Shown here piece by piece: positions 51,166 to 60,529 of a stretch of 64,000 bases of DNA. The DNA is taken from positions 96,001 through 160,000 of IMG/VR virus record IMGVR_UViG_3300021387_001774; one strand, 5' to 3'. The stretch is from a virus (lineage: Duplodnaviria > Caudoviricetes). Every line of letters starts with the position of its first letter. The first letter of the stretch is position 1. The translations under genes were made by a program, and so were the position numbers. The notes beneath the pieces were generated by a model. The model made no database searches. It had not been told where the DNA came from and was given only the letters and a program-made list of their open reading frames with translations.

Positions 51166-53274
51166 TTATTGACGACTGAATGAGGCACTAGCCATGTACG
51201 CTGCACCTGTTTCCAACTGTTTAAGCTGGAGAGCTTCAACGTCAACATTTGGTGGCATAAGAGAAATCATATTTCCAACATTAATCAATTCTCCTACACT
51301 CTCGATAATGACTCTAAGAAGTGCTGCATCAGTATTTCTTGGAACCATAATGGAAGTACTAGACTCAACTGAATCAGGATCAAATTTCTCATCCATATTA
51401 GTCATAATGTTATAGATCGTTGGATCTTCACGATGTACACATTCCTTCCATTTATCCATAGCAATCTTAGAATCTCTATACATGTTATACAATGCATAGC
51501 GATAAGCGTTACCAAATGAATACTGGATAGCTTGTACAATAATACTTACGATTTCACGAAGACTTGTAAAGTTCTGTGCTGCAGTAATATTGATTTTTAC
51601 TTTATAAATATCCTCAATAATACTATTAACAAGATAATCAAAATTATGTTCGATAAAATGACAAATGGCCATATTACCACCGATAGAAACTCCACCATGT
51701 TTAATAGCTGCTGCTACAGATGATGTTGCATCTTCGATGATAAGCTTTCTAGAATATTTTGCCTTCTGAGTTCTACCACCACAATAGTAGTAAGTAGTTC
51801 TAGCCTGAAGGTTATCTATACGACTAAACAAATCATCTTCATCATAATCTGTTTTATGGAACTTAACCTTCTTCAACTTTTCAGCACGACTCTTAAGATC
51901 TTTAATAAGAGAATCAAAAGCTTCCTTATTTGGTTCACATCCTACAAAGTTTGTTTCACCACGACCACAAGAAATATGCTCACAAGTTCCAAGAAGATTC
52001 TTCAACTGTTCCATACGGATATCTTTATCCTTAGAGAATTCAGTCATCTTTGTAAGTTCTGTACTAAATGCTCTAGAATTTGTCATCAAAAGAAGATCTT
52101 CAAATCTAAACTGCTCAGTAATCAATTGATTCTTCAACAAAGAAGCACAAATAGAAATCTTTCTAGTTCTAGCAGAAGGATCAGCATCGGGAGAATTCAA
52201 TTCTTGTCCAAGTTCATTATAATATGTACCATCAATACACTGTCTCATGTATTGAGCAATTTCATAATTGAAATTGGATGCAACTACATAAAGTGGTCTC
52301 TTGAACTCAAAAGCTACTGTTTCTACAATCTGCTTAAATGCTGGAAGATCTGTTTCAAGCACAGAACCATCAAACATAGCAATCATAGGTTTATCTGCTT
52401 CCCATGTAAAATGATCTGCAGAATTACACATACGTGCTTCATCGAGAGGTCCAGTAGGCACAACGAATGCATTAGTTTCTTCGTAATATTCATCTTCTGT
52501 CTTAGACTCTGTAACAATAACAGAACCACGACCATCAAGTTTATTACGATAAAGTTCGGCAATCTTTTTACCGGTTTCCAAATCATTATTAGCAGAAATT
52601 GTAGCTACTTTAGTAAGCCATTCTACTACATCATCTTCATCTTTCTTATTATCGTATTTTCCTACTTCATTTACTTTAGGGAAAATCTTTTGATACTTAG
52701 TATTCTTATCAAGTTCTTTAATAATTCTTTCAGAAGCAATAGTAGAAATATTCTTAATTCCTACTGGAGAATACTTCCATACACCTTTAGATTGATCGTT
52801 AAAGATTTCTACAAACTTCTTAAGAAGTGCATTCTGAATAGGAATACCAGATGATGTAGAATCACCTACTTCACTCTGCATATATTCAGAAGCTTCTCGA
52901 ATTGTTTTGAAAATACCATTAGGGATAGGTTGACTATACTTCATATTCTGAAGAATAGTGTATCCATCACGAGTATTATAAATAGGTACTTCTCTATCTG
53001 CAAACTGTTGAATAAGAGTTGCATCAGCATATGGACCAATTGTATGACCAATAGCGGTTTCAGCAGCTTCAGAAATATTAAGAATTTCATGAATTACGGC
53101 ATCATTTCTAACGATATTTGGCTTAGAAGTTTTATATTCATTCTTACCAAAGCCCATATCAGAAATACGCATGTCTGCAAAATCACCTTCAAGTTGCATA
53201 CCAATAGAATCATTAAAATTCTGTTGTTCAATCTCTTTCTTGAGATCCTCAGCTATCTTATTTGTTTCTTCCAT
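51166..53274 (-). CDS. GroEL-like phage chaperonin
   Basis: TIGPY, TRDGYTI, GDSTSS (GDGTTT-like), ATISAN, EDA......A...GG..GG. Confidence 0.88.
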   Translation of the reverse strand: MEETNKIAEDLKKEIEQQNFNDSIGMQLEGDFADMRISDMGFGKNEYKTSKPNIVRNDAVIHEILNISEAAETAIGHTIGPYADATLIQQFADREVPIYNTRDGYTILQNMKYSQPIPNGIFKTIREASEYMQSEVGDSTSSGIPIQNALLKKFVEIFNDQSKGVWKYSPVGIKNISTIASERIIKELDKNTKYQKIFPKVNEVGKYDNKKDEDDVVEWLTKVATISANNDLETGKKIAELYRNKLDGRGSVIVTESKTEDEYYEETNAFVVPTGPLDEARMCNSADHFTWEADKPMIAMFDGSVLETDLPAFKQIVETVAFEFKRPLYVVASNFNYEIAQYMRQCIDGTYYNELGQELNSPDADPSARTRKISICASLLKNQLITEQFRFEDLLLMTNSRAFSTELTKMTEFSKDKDIRMEQLKNLLGTCEHISCGRGETNFVGCEPNKEAFDSLIKDLKSRAEKLKKVKFHKTDYDEDDLFSRIDNLQARTTYYYCGGRTQKAKYSRKLIIEDATSSVAAAIKHGGVSIGGNMAICHFIEHNFDYLVNSIIEDIYKVKINITAAQNFTSLREIVSIIVQAIQYSFGNAYRYALYNMYRDSKIAMDKWKECVHREDPTIYNIMTNMDEKFDPDSVESSTSIMVPRNTDAALLRVIIESVGELINVGNMISLMPPNVDVEALQLKQLETGAAYMASASFSRQ

Positions 53275-53633
53275 TCACGTTCCTCCAGAACTCCTTTAGT
53301 ATTTTTGGAAATTGTTATTGAATTTATTTTATTCTTTGATGTGGATAATTCGATATTGTTTTCAGAGCAATATGATTTAACTCTTTCCATACTCTTATCA
53401 TCTACATCTGTATCTATTTTTGCAGTAATTGTTTTATTCTTACGATCTTGTATTATCTTATTTATTGGGAGATACCTTTTCATGGTATTTCCACAGTTTT
53501 CTTCAAAATGATGAAGCTCCACATAATGATTTGTATAATTCACATCATATGGGTCATCAGGTTTTCCATTAGTGGAAAACACATCTGTTGCTATATCGAC
53601 CATGAAATCGATAAGCGTCTTTGTAAAATTCAT
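53253..53633 (-). CDS. Hypothetical protein
   Basis: GGAG SD. Confidence 0.6.
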   Translation of the reverse strand: MNFTKTLIDFMVDIATDVFSTNGKPDDPYDVNYTNHYVELHHFEENCGNTMKRYLPINKIIQDRKNKTITAKIDTDVDDKSMERVKSYCSENNIELSTSKNKINSITISKNTKGVLEEREWKKQIR

Positions 53634-53685
53634 TTTAGTATATCAAATCTCCATACCAAATAAAATATTTTACTATCGAGCAATA

Positions 53686-54114
53686 TTATCTAGCTCCTAA
53701 TTCCTTTAATACTTTATCATCCAATTTAGTAGTCTCATTCTTCGTGTATGCATTTATTGCACCAGTTTCTTTAAATTCCTTATAAGAAACATCAATATTA
53801 TGAAATTCATTACTAACTATATTTTCAAATGTTGGTATATCTAAAGATAATAATTGTTCGATAGTAAACCGACCTTCAAGTAATTTTGAGGCGTTCAATA
53901 TATTCTGCATTATTTTATCAGATTGTTTATCCATCGTTTCTCTTATAACATCTTCATGAGTTTCTTCTACTTGAAAATAATCACTTCCGCCGCCTACATA
54001 AACATCTTCTTCTATTTCTTTCTTCTTATTTTTATTTTTGTTGTTAACAGGTTTTAATTTTTCTTGCGCAGCCTTTTCTTTTTCTTTTAGACTAACTCTT
54101 CCTGCGCGATCATA
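53686..54114 (-). CDS. C-terminal extension frame reached by a putative -1 frameshift (includes the 82-aa ORF)
   Basis: Stop-free from the T8 run to 53686; in the -1 frame of the upstream gene. Confidence 0.65.
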   Translation of the reverse strand, partial: YDRAGRVSLKEKEKAAQEKLKPVNNKNKNKKKEIEEDVYVGGGSDYFQVEETHEDVIRETMDKQSDKIMQNILNASKLLEGRFTIEQLLSLDIPTFENIVSNEFHNIDVSYKEFKETGAINAYTKNETTKLDDKVLKELGAR

Positions 54115-56168
54115 AAAAAAAGCGTTTCAGGTTCTACAGAAATATTACCAAGTTCTGCTTTACAAGTAGGTTCATGACATACTCCTCCCTTGATAGCATG
54201 ACGAATTCCTGTAACCCTTACAAGTTTCTGTAATGTTTCATCAGTAATAAGTGCTTTATAATCTGCCGGAGAAAGATTCTGGATAGAGTTATAGATAGCA
54301 TTCTTATCATCAAAATTAACATAAGAAACTTTTACACTATTATTTTCTTTATCTTCATCAACAATATCAGCAACAATGAGTTTATTAAGATACAGATAAT
54401 AACGAAGTTCAATAAGATCTTGTGTAAGACCAAATGAAGAATCGATATATACTGTAGATCCACTATATTCATCAGTGTAAGAAAGATCCTTATCTCTAAA
54501 GATTTCAATAAGATCTTCCATAGCTGCAAGAGCTTCACCAATTGTAGGAATCTTTAGGTCATAAATAAATGCTGAATTAGGCAATGCTTTCTTTGTACGA
54601 TAAGTATTGTTAGCCATTTCAACAATCTTTTCTTCCTGGAATTCCTTATAGATCTTTGCTGATTCTGAAGCATCAAGAGTTGAACCCTTTTCAATATAAT
54701 AAATAAGCTTATTAATATTGATATTGGTATTCAACAAGAAACAAAGATCCTTTGGTTTAGCATCTACAAAGTTATCTGAACCACATGTTCCACAAGCTAT
54801 ATTAAATCTATGTTCCTTAGATTGAGATGTTGTTGCATAAGCTGCAAAGAACAACTGTTGGAAATCAGGGAACTTCAAAATCTTATTAAATAATTCATCA
54901 AATGATGGCTTCTCAACATATCCAGATACTGCAGTAATATGTTTATAGAATAACTGCAACTGTTTCTTACGTTTCTCAATAAAGTTCTTATTCTTTTCAT
55001 AGATATAATCTGGATCATTCTGATCAAGGTCTAGAAGCTTTTCTTCAATAAGACAAATTTCTTTAATATCAGGCCATGAGAATGCTGACATACTAATTAC
55101 AACACCAGAAATAATCATTGGAACTACAGCGATTGATGGTTGTAATGTAGGATAAACTGTGTTCAAATAAATTTTCTGTCTATCTTGAGCAGTCTTAGCA
55201 TTAATTCCTACAGACTTGATCTTACTTGTATCATCGATTTCGATATTTCTTAGAATCTTTGCATTCTTTGAAACTCTTGTTTTAAATGATGTTACTTCTC
55301 CATCGCCACCATAATATTCAACAGTTCTTTCTTTCTTAGTAGCTGTTTTCTTCGGCTTTTCTTTCTTTTCTTCTTCCTCATCAATAATTTCTACCTTCAT
55401 ATTTGTAGTAGGTGTTTCTTTTGTAGCATCATCACTATAAATATCATCGATAGTCTTATTGATCTTTTCTACAGTCATTTCTTCTGCATCTTCATATGAA
55501 TCACTATTCTTGATAACTTCTGTATTTGCGATTTCAACTTTCTTATCCAAGTCATCAAAATCTTCAATAGTGTTCTTAACTGTAGGAACAGATTCTGCAT
55601 TACTTTTCTTATCTTTAATCTGCTCTGCATATTCTGGAGAAATAATATCGACTTTCTTTTTCTTTGTTTCTTTCTTCTTGGTCTTTGGTTTTTCTTCGGT
55701 AACTACAGGTTCTTCTTCGACCTTCTTAGCTTTCATTTTTTCTTCTTCTCTTGCTTTAATTTCCTTGTCAATAGCTTCTTCCATATTTACAAATGGATAC
55801 TCTGATGGTGGTTCTTCAATTCCATCAGGAAGTGTTTCAACAGTTTCTACTTTAGGTTCTTCTTCAACCTTCTTAGTTCTCAAAATCTTTTCTTCCCTTT
55901 CTTTAATTCGTCTATCAATATCTTCATTTATATCACCTGGATATTCTGATGCAGGTTTATCTTCAACTTCATTTGATTCATCTTTAGCCTGCAATTCAGA
56001 CATTTCTTCATGGAATTTATTAGGATTATTCTGAACTTGTTCAGTTTTTTTCTTAGCTAGTTCTTCTTGATGTTTTTCATTCAATTCGTCCATCATTTGT
56101 TGTCTCTGTACAACATTTGGATTTTCCATTTGATTAACGAATTCATCATTCTTTTCATTATCAGTCAT
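54087..56168 (-). CDS. Putative tail/baseplate assembly chaperone with acidic N-terminus and CxxC...CxxxxC
   Basis: GGAG SD before MTDNEK; CGTC, P.I, CHEPTC, terminal LFF as in T4 gp26/gp51-like hub assembly proteins. Confidence 0.5.
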   Translation of the reverse strand: MTDNEKNDEFVNQMENPNVVQRQQMMDELNEKHQEELAKKKTEQVQNNPNKFHEEMSELQAKDESNEVEDKPASEYPGDINEDIDRRIKEREEKILRTKKVEEEPKVETVETLPDGIEEPPSEYPFVNMEEAIDKEIKAREEEKMKAKKVEEEPVVTEEKPKTKKKETKKKKVDIISPEYAEQIKDKKSNAESVPTVKNTIEDFDDLDKKVEIANTEVIKNSDSYEDAEEMTVEKINKTIDDIYSDDATKETPTTNMKVEIIDEEEEKKEKPKKTATKKERTVEYYGGDGEVTSFKTRVSKNAKILRNIEIDDTSKIKSVGINAKTAQDRQKIYLNTVYPTLQPSIAVVPMIISGVVISMSAFSWPDIKEICLIEEKLLDLDQNDPDYIYEKNKNFIEKRKKQLQLFYKHITAVSGYVEKPSFDELFNKILKFPDFQQLFFAAYATTSQSKEHRFNIACGTCGSDNFVDAKPKDLCFLLNTNININKLIYYIEKGSTLDASESAKIYKEFQEEKIVEMANNTYRTKKALPNSAFIYDLKIPTIGEALAAMEDLIEIFRDKDLSYTDEYSGSTVYIDSSFGLTQDLIELRYYLYLNKLIVADIVDEDKENNSVKVSYVNFDDKNAIYNSIQNLSPADYKALITDETLQKLVRVTGIRHAIKGGVCHEPTCKAELGNISVEPETLFFMIAQEELV

Positions 56169-56229
56169 TACTACACACTCCAAAAAAAGAAGAAAGATAT
56201 TTCTATCTTTCTTCTTTTGATTAATTTAC

Positions 56230-56964
56230 TTAGAACGGATCGTAATCCGCACTAGGAGAATAACCGCCAGAATTACCACCAGCGTTTTGATTATATGAAG
56301 CAGTATCACCTTTGTTTCCACCCTGTCTTCCACTGAAGCAAGATGAAATATATCTAGTAATACTATTAACAGCTGCATCCTGAATCCTATAAACCATAGG
56401 AATCAAAGGATCCTGAAGTTCCTTGATAACATTAACGAATTCAAATGCCTGAATATCAGCATAATCAATATTGTTAACTTTACAAGTAGCTTCAATCTTA
56501 CCATTAGGAACTCTACTATTAAATACAACTTCAATAGTATCGTTCTTTTCGTAATCTGTATATGAGATCTTTACTCTCGGAATCCCATCATACATTTCTG
56601 TATCAACAACAAGAAGACCAGTTGATACTTCTGTACCATCTCGCATTGATGTTGTTGGAATCTTGATCACTTCATCAGGATTATAGTTCTGTCCAGCTGC
56701 ATAAGCATCTCTACGACGAGCCATCATACCTTCAAGAAGTCTTGAGAAATCGAATGCCTTTCCTGCTGGAAGATAACAATTCAAATCAAGTACATTCTCT
56801 GAAGTAATTCCACGTTTAAAATGTAATGTTGTCATACCATTATAGTAATTAACATACATCATCGCATATGCACCATTATCACCCGGTTTCTTATAAGAGA
56901 AATAGGTTGAACTCATCTGTGCACTAATATGGTAGGCGTTATACCTCTTCTTTTCCTCTGCCAT
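56230..56964 (-). CDS. Possible single-stranded DNA-binding protein
   Basis: G/N-rich linker and acidic C-terminus DYDPF; high-expression codons. Confidence 0.45.
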   Translation of the reverse strand: MAEEKKRYNAYHISAQMSSTYFSYKKPGDNGAYAMMYVNYYNGMTTLHFKRGITSENVLDLNCYLPAGKAFDFSRLLEGMMARRRDAYAAGQNYNPDEVIKIPTTSMRDGTEVSTGLLVVDTEMYDGIPRVKISYTDYEKNDTIEVVFNSRVPNGKIEATCKVNNIDYADIQAFEFVNVIKELQDPLIPMVYRIQDAAVNSITRYISSCFSGRQGGNKGDTASYNQNAGGNSGGYSPSADYDPF

Positions 56965-57283
56965 CTTCGGTCTCCTGTTTAAAATAACGATGTGAGCGAT
57001 CTTTCATTTCATTATAAATCTCTCTCATGCACTGTGGAATATACCACACATCCATGTCATCATTTGTTCTATAAGTAAATGGTTCTTCACTAATTTTCCA
57101 TTCACCAAACTTTCTCTTATTAGCGCGTTCCAAAGCAAGAGTTACAAGTTCTTTCTTTGTCTTTGGTCTATCGGCTTTGTTAAGATAGCAGCAACCAAGA
57201 ATATCTCTATCAATTGCTACAACGCACCCAATAGGTCTATTATCATTCTTATCTCGAACATACTTAACGATAAACTTACACAT
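56939..57283 (-). CDS. Hypothetical protein
   Basis: GAGGAG SD. Confidence 0.65.
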   Translation of the reverse strand: MCKFIVKYVRDKNDNRPIGCVVAIDRDILGCCYLNKADRPKTKKELVTLALERANKRKFGEWKISEEPFTYRTNDDMDVWYIPQCMREIYNEMKDRSHRYFKQETEDGRGKEEV

Positions 57284-57703
57284 CTAAGTCGTCTCCTCAT
57301 ATTTAGATGAAATTTTTAGGATGTTATCAAGTAAATCCATATCATGACTATCTTTAAACATAATATCGTTTAGACCAAACATACTACACTTCACACAGAA
57401 TGTATGTAACATAGCAAACTCTGTAAGAGTTAACTTATATTCTGATACAACATCTGGATCATAAGCAAAGAACTTTTCACTCATGATCTTTGGATCTACA
57501 ACTTCATCTACTTTAACACAGTTATCTAGTAAAACATCAATCAATACTCTTCTAGCATTCTGAAGTTTTTCTGTTCTTTCTTTTGTAAACATTTCATTAA
57601 AAACTTCTCTAATATTCTTAAGTGCATCTTTCACACGAGCATCATTCAATGCTGCATTTTCTTTATCTTTTAATAATTGGATTCCTCTAATTGTTGTTGC
57701 CAT
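57284..57703 (-). CDS. Hypothetical protein
   Basis: GAGG SD before MATTIR. Confidence 0.65.
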   Translation of the reverse strand: MATTIRGIQLLKDKENAALNDARVKDALKNIREVFNEMFTKERTEKLQNARRVLIDVLLDNCVKVDEVVDPKIMSEKFFAYDPDVVSEYKLTLTEFAMLHTFCVKCSMFGLNDIMFKDSHDMDLLDNILKISSKYEETT

Positions 57704-57704
57704 T

Positions 57705-57884
57705 TTAACCTCTTGAAAATTCCATAGAATTTGTACCACATGCACATTCGTTCTTTGTACAATTTACACATTTACTAGCTTCTTCTCTACTCATCTGTTT
57801 ATTAGGTTCATTCATTACTCCATCCATAGAATCTCTAATGGACTCATTAGAACGAACATGAGTTTCATAATCTTTATCTTCCAT
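57705..57884 (-). CDS. 59-aa hypothetical protein with a Cys cluster
   Basis: AGGAG SD; MEDKDYE...CVNC...CAC; translated manually. Confidence 0.5.
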   Translation of the reverse strand: MEDKDYETHVRSNESIRDSMDGVMNEPNKQMSREEASKCVNCTKNECACGTNSMEFSRG

Positions 57885-57913
57885 AATACTTCTCCTATTT
57901 AAGATATATACTA

Positions 57914-58357
57914 TTATGAGTTATTCTTTAATTTTTTAATCATTTTACGTTCATTCTTAGCTATTTCTTCATTCTTTACACTTTCAAAGTCGAATTCTTC
58001 AAGACTATAATGAAATAGATCTGCTAAGTATTTAGTTTTTTCTTTAACAAATTCATAATGTTCTATGTCATAATATTCCATTTTTGCTACATTTGGTATA
58101 AATTGTGGTAAGAAATACTTAACGACTTGTTCTAATCGTTTAGGATCAGAACACTTATATACGTTAAGTATTTCTTTTAAATAACCATTTGTATCACTAT
58201 TATTATATTGCTTCATACGTCTAAAAACATTGTTGGAAATTCCAAGCTTAAGTGTATCTTTACCATGAAAGTTTACACAAATTAGGTAAAAGTATTTACA
58301 TTTTTTACTTTGTTTTGGTGTAGTTCTAGGTCGTCCAACTCTATTTTTCTGATTCAT
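57914..58357 (-). CDS. GIY-YIG superfamily (T5orf172-like) protein
   Basis: YFYLI...LKLGIS..V.RR..QY, LE, E motif. Confidence 0.65.
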   Translation of the reverse strand: MNQKNRVGRPRTTPKQSKKCKYFYLICVNFHGKDTLKLGISNNVFRRMKQYNNSDTNGYLKEILNVYKCSDPKRLEQVVKYFLPQFIPNVAKMEYYDIEHYEFVKEKTKYLADLFHYSLEEFDFESVKNEEIAKNERKMIKKLKNNS

Positions 58358-59651
58358 CTGTAATTCCTAACGTTTCGTTCTTAAATAATTTATAACTATC
58401 TTCATGGTTATATGAAGATCCAATAAATTTATCTTTAATATCTTTCTTAGCTGATTCTACTAACATAGTTAGACTCTGTGTAGCTGATTCTATCATATTT
58501 ATAGTTGATGTTATATCTCTTGTAATGCTTAATTCTTTCATAGATTTATCTATGTAATCTAGTTTGGCTATCTCGCCGCTATATTCTATATCATTTACAA
58601 TCATTTCTGAATCAATAGCATATTCACAATATTGTCTATGTAATGGTTTAGTCATCCTTATTTCTCTAGAACTATCAAACAAATGTAAATCACACATCAT
58701 AAATTGATCCGATATTCTAGTTATTAAATAAAAATTGCCTTTAAGTTTGTTTCCTAGTATTTCAATTTTCTCATTTATTTTATCTAACAATTCATTAACA
58801 AATGTATCAGTCGTATTTTGATTAAACTTCAAGAATGAACTTAATGAAGTTATATTTAACTTATTACGTAATCTTGAATCATATACAAATTCTACCTGTT
58901 CAAATGGTAAGAATAAATAGCTAGTAAAGAAATCACCCATATATTCATTAAGATTAATTGTTTCTTTATCTACAAATATTCCAGTTTGTTGGATATTTCG
59001 TTTGAAATTTAATACTGAATCTATATCACTTTTATTAAAGATAATTTTTGTTCGATTATCTACTATTTCATCCATAATAATAGCTCTACCATCATATCTT
59101 CTGTAACCTTCTTCTAATTCCATATGTCTTTTAGAATAATATTTTGGATTATAGTTTTCTCCAACTACTACTTCTTTATACATAGGATATTGGTCTGCTG
59201 AGAAGTTTATTATACCGAATGATGAAGATTTATTTACAGTCAAATCAACCAAACTTAAACCCAAATCAATAGTTCTATTATCTGGAGTTTCTATTACATT
59301 ATATGCAAATGCATACATAGGTTTTACTAAACATTTATCAAGACAAACACTTATGTTTTTCTTGACACTCTTGGAATCTAACGTATCTGGATATTCCAAT
59401 TCACACAAATAAACTGTCTTATTATATATCGTACCTAATTTCTTATTCTTATCTTTACTAATATTAGTAATCAAACAACCTACATTAGTTATAACATCGT
59501 TATTTGCAATGTTATACATATTCTTCTTTTCTTTCATAAAAATATTAATCTTACGAAAATAATTCTCAAAGCCTATATCACTTAATACTTTGTATTCTGA
59601 GTCTAATGTCTTATTATTTCTTGAACGTTCAAGAAAATTATTCATATTCAT
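58341..59651 (-). CDS. Hypothetical protein
   Basis: 436-aa ORF, early promoter upstream. Confidence 0.7.
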   Translation of the reverse strand: MNMNNFLERSRNNKTLDSEYKVLSDIGFENYFRKINIFMKEKKNMYNIANNDVITNVGCLITNISKDKNKKLGTIYNKTVYLCELEYPDTLDSKSVKKNISVCLDKCLVKPMYAFAYNVIETPDNRTIDLGLSLVDLTVNKSSSFGIINFSADQYPMYKEVVVGENYNPKYYSKRHMELEEGYRRYDGRAIIMDEIVDNRTKIIFNKSDIDSVLNFKRNIQQTGIFVDKETINLNEYMGDFFTSYLFLPFEQVEFVYDSRLRNKLNITSLSSFLKFNQNTTDTFVNELLDKINEKIEILGNKLKGNFYLITRISDQFMMCDLHLFDSSREIRMTKPLHRQYCEYAIDSEMIVNDIEYSGEIAKLDYIDKSMKELSITRDITSTINMIESATQSLTMLVESAKKDIKDKFIGSSYNHEDSYKLFKNETLGITDESEK

Positions 59652-59732
59652 AAAATATCGACCCCCTTAGTATATTAATAATATATATTCTAAATAAATA
59701 TAAAATGTGGAGAATAAATCTCCACATTATGA

Positions 59733-60515
59733 TTATTTCTTAATACGTTTCCTCGTAAGATAATTCAAATACAAATGTATTGAATTAAACAAATACTTTG
59801 GTTTCTTTTTTGCATTTGTCTTAACAAATGGTGTTAATAGTTTTGGAATTCTTTCCTCTAACATTGGACCTTCCACATAGAACTTATATACACCATATAG
59901 CTTTCGTTTATCTAAATTCGTACAATCTGAGAAATAATACTCTGTATGTTTAGATCTATTATACAATGATAGCTTTCCAATTAATTCATATTCTTTTTTA
60001 TTTTCTGGATTAAGATTTTTATAAATATTGTGTTTAAATGGTATGTATTTTGTTTCTTTCTTTTCTTCTTTAAACTTCCATGCTACATATCGTTCTGCTA
60101 ACATATTGAAATTCAATGCATAATACCATGTGTCAAACTTCTTATCATAATAGAAATAATACTCTTTAAGATATGTATCAGAATTTCTATATTCCATAGA
60201 ATCTTTACGTTTAGATAAACTATCTATATATTTGATTATATCTTCTTTCTTAATAGCTTTATCAAACTTATATTGAGTAAAGTTATACAGGAATAAACCA
60301 GAATTAGCATTCAAGAGATTATAAATAATCTTCTTTGAATGAGATTTCAGTTTACCAAATAGATTGAATTCTACTGGAACTCTGATAATGAAATCACCAA
60401 AGTTTTTACCTTTGGTAATAAACTCCTCTTTCCACGTGTATGAAAAGTCCCTCTCCTTTTTAAGAACATGGTTCTTTTTCTTAGAATCATGTTTGATGTC
60501 TTTCCTATTAGACAT
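59733..60515 (-). CDS. Basic hypothetical protein
   Basis: GGGAGG SD. Confidence 0.65.
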   Translation of the reverse strand: MSNRKDIKHDSKKKNHVLKKERDFSYTWKEEFITKGKNFGDFIIRVPVEFNLFGKLKSHSKKIIYNLLNANSGLFLYNFTQYKFDKAIKKEDIIKYIDSLSKRKDSMEYRNSDTYLKEYYFYYDKKFDTWYYALNFNMLAERYVAWKFKEEKKETKYIPFKHNIYKNLNPENKKEYELIGKLSLYNRSKHTEYYFSDCTNLDKRKLYGVYKFYVEGPMLEERIPKLLTPFVKTNAKKKPKYLFNSIHLYLNYLTRKRIKK

Positions 60516-60529
60516 TCAAATCCTCCCTT

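Noticed and set aside
51856-53511. Long plus-strand ORFs (332 and 193 aa) and similar antisense ORFs at 8975, 10175 and 55459
   Set aside because: Antisense shadows of strongly codon-biased genes; no SD or protein motifs
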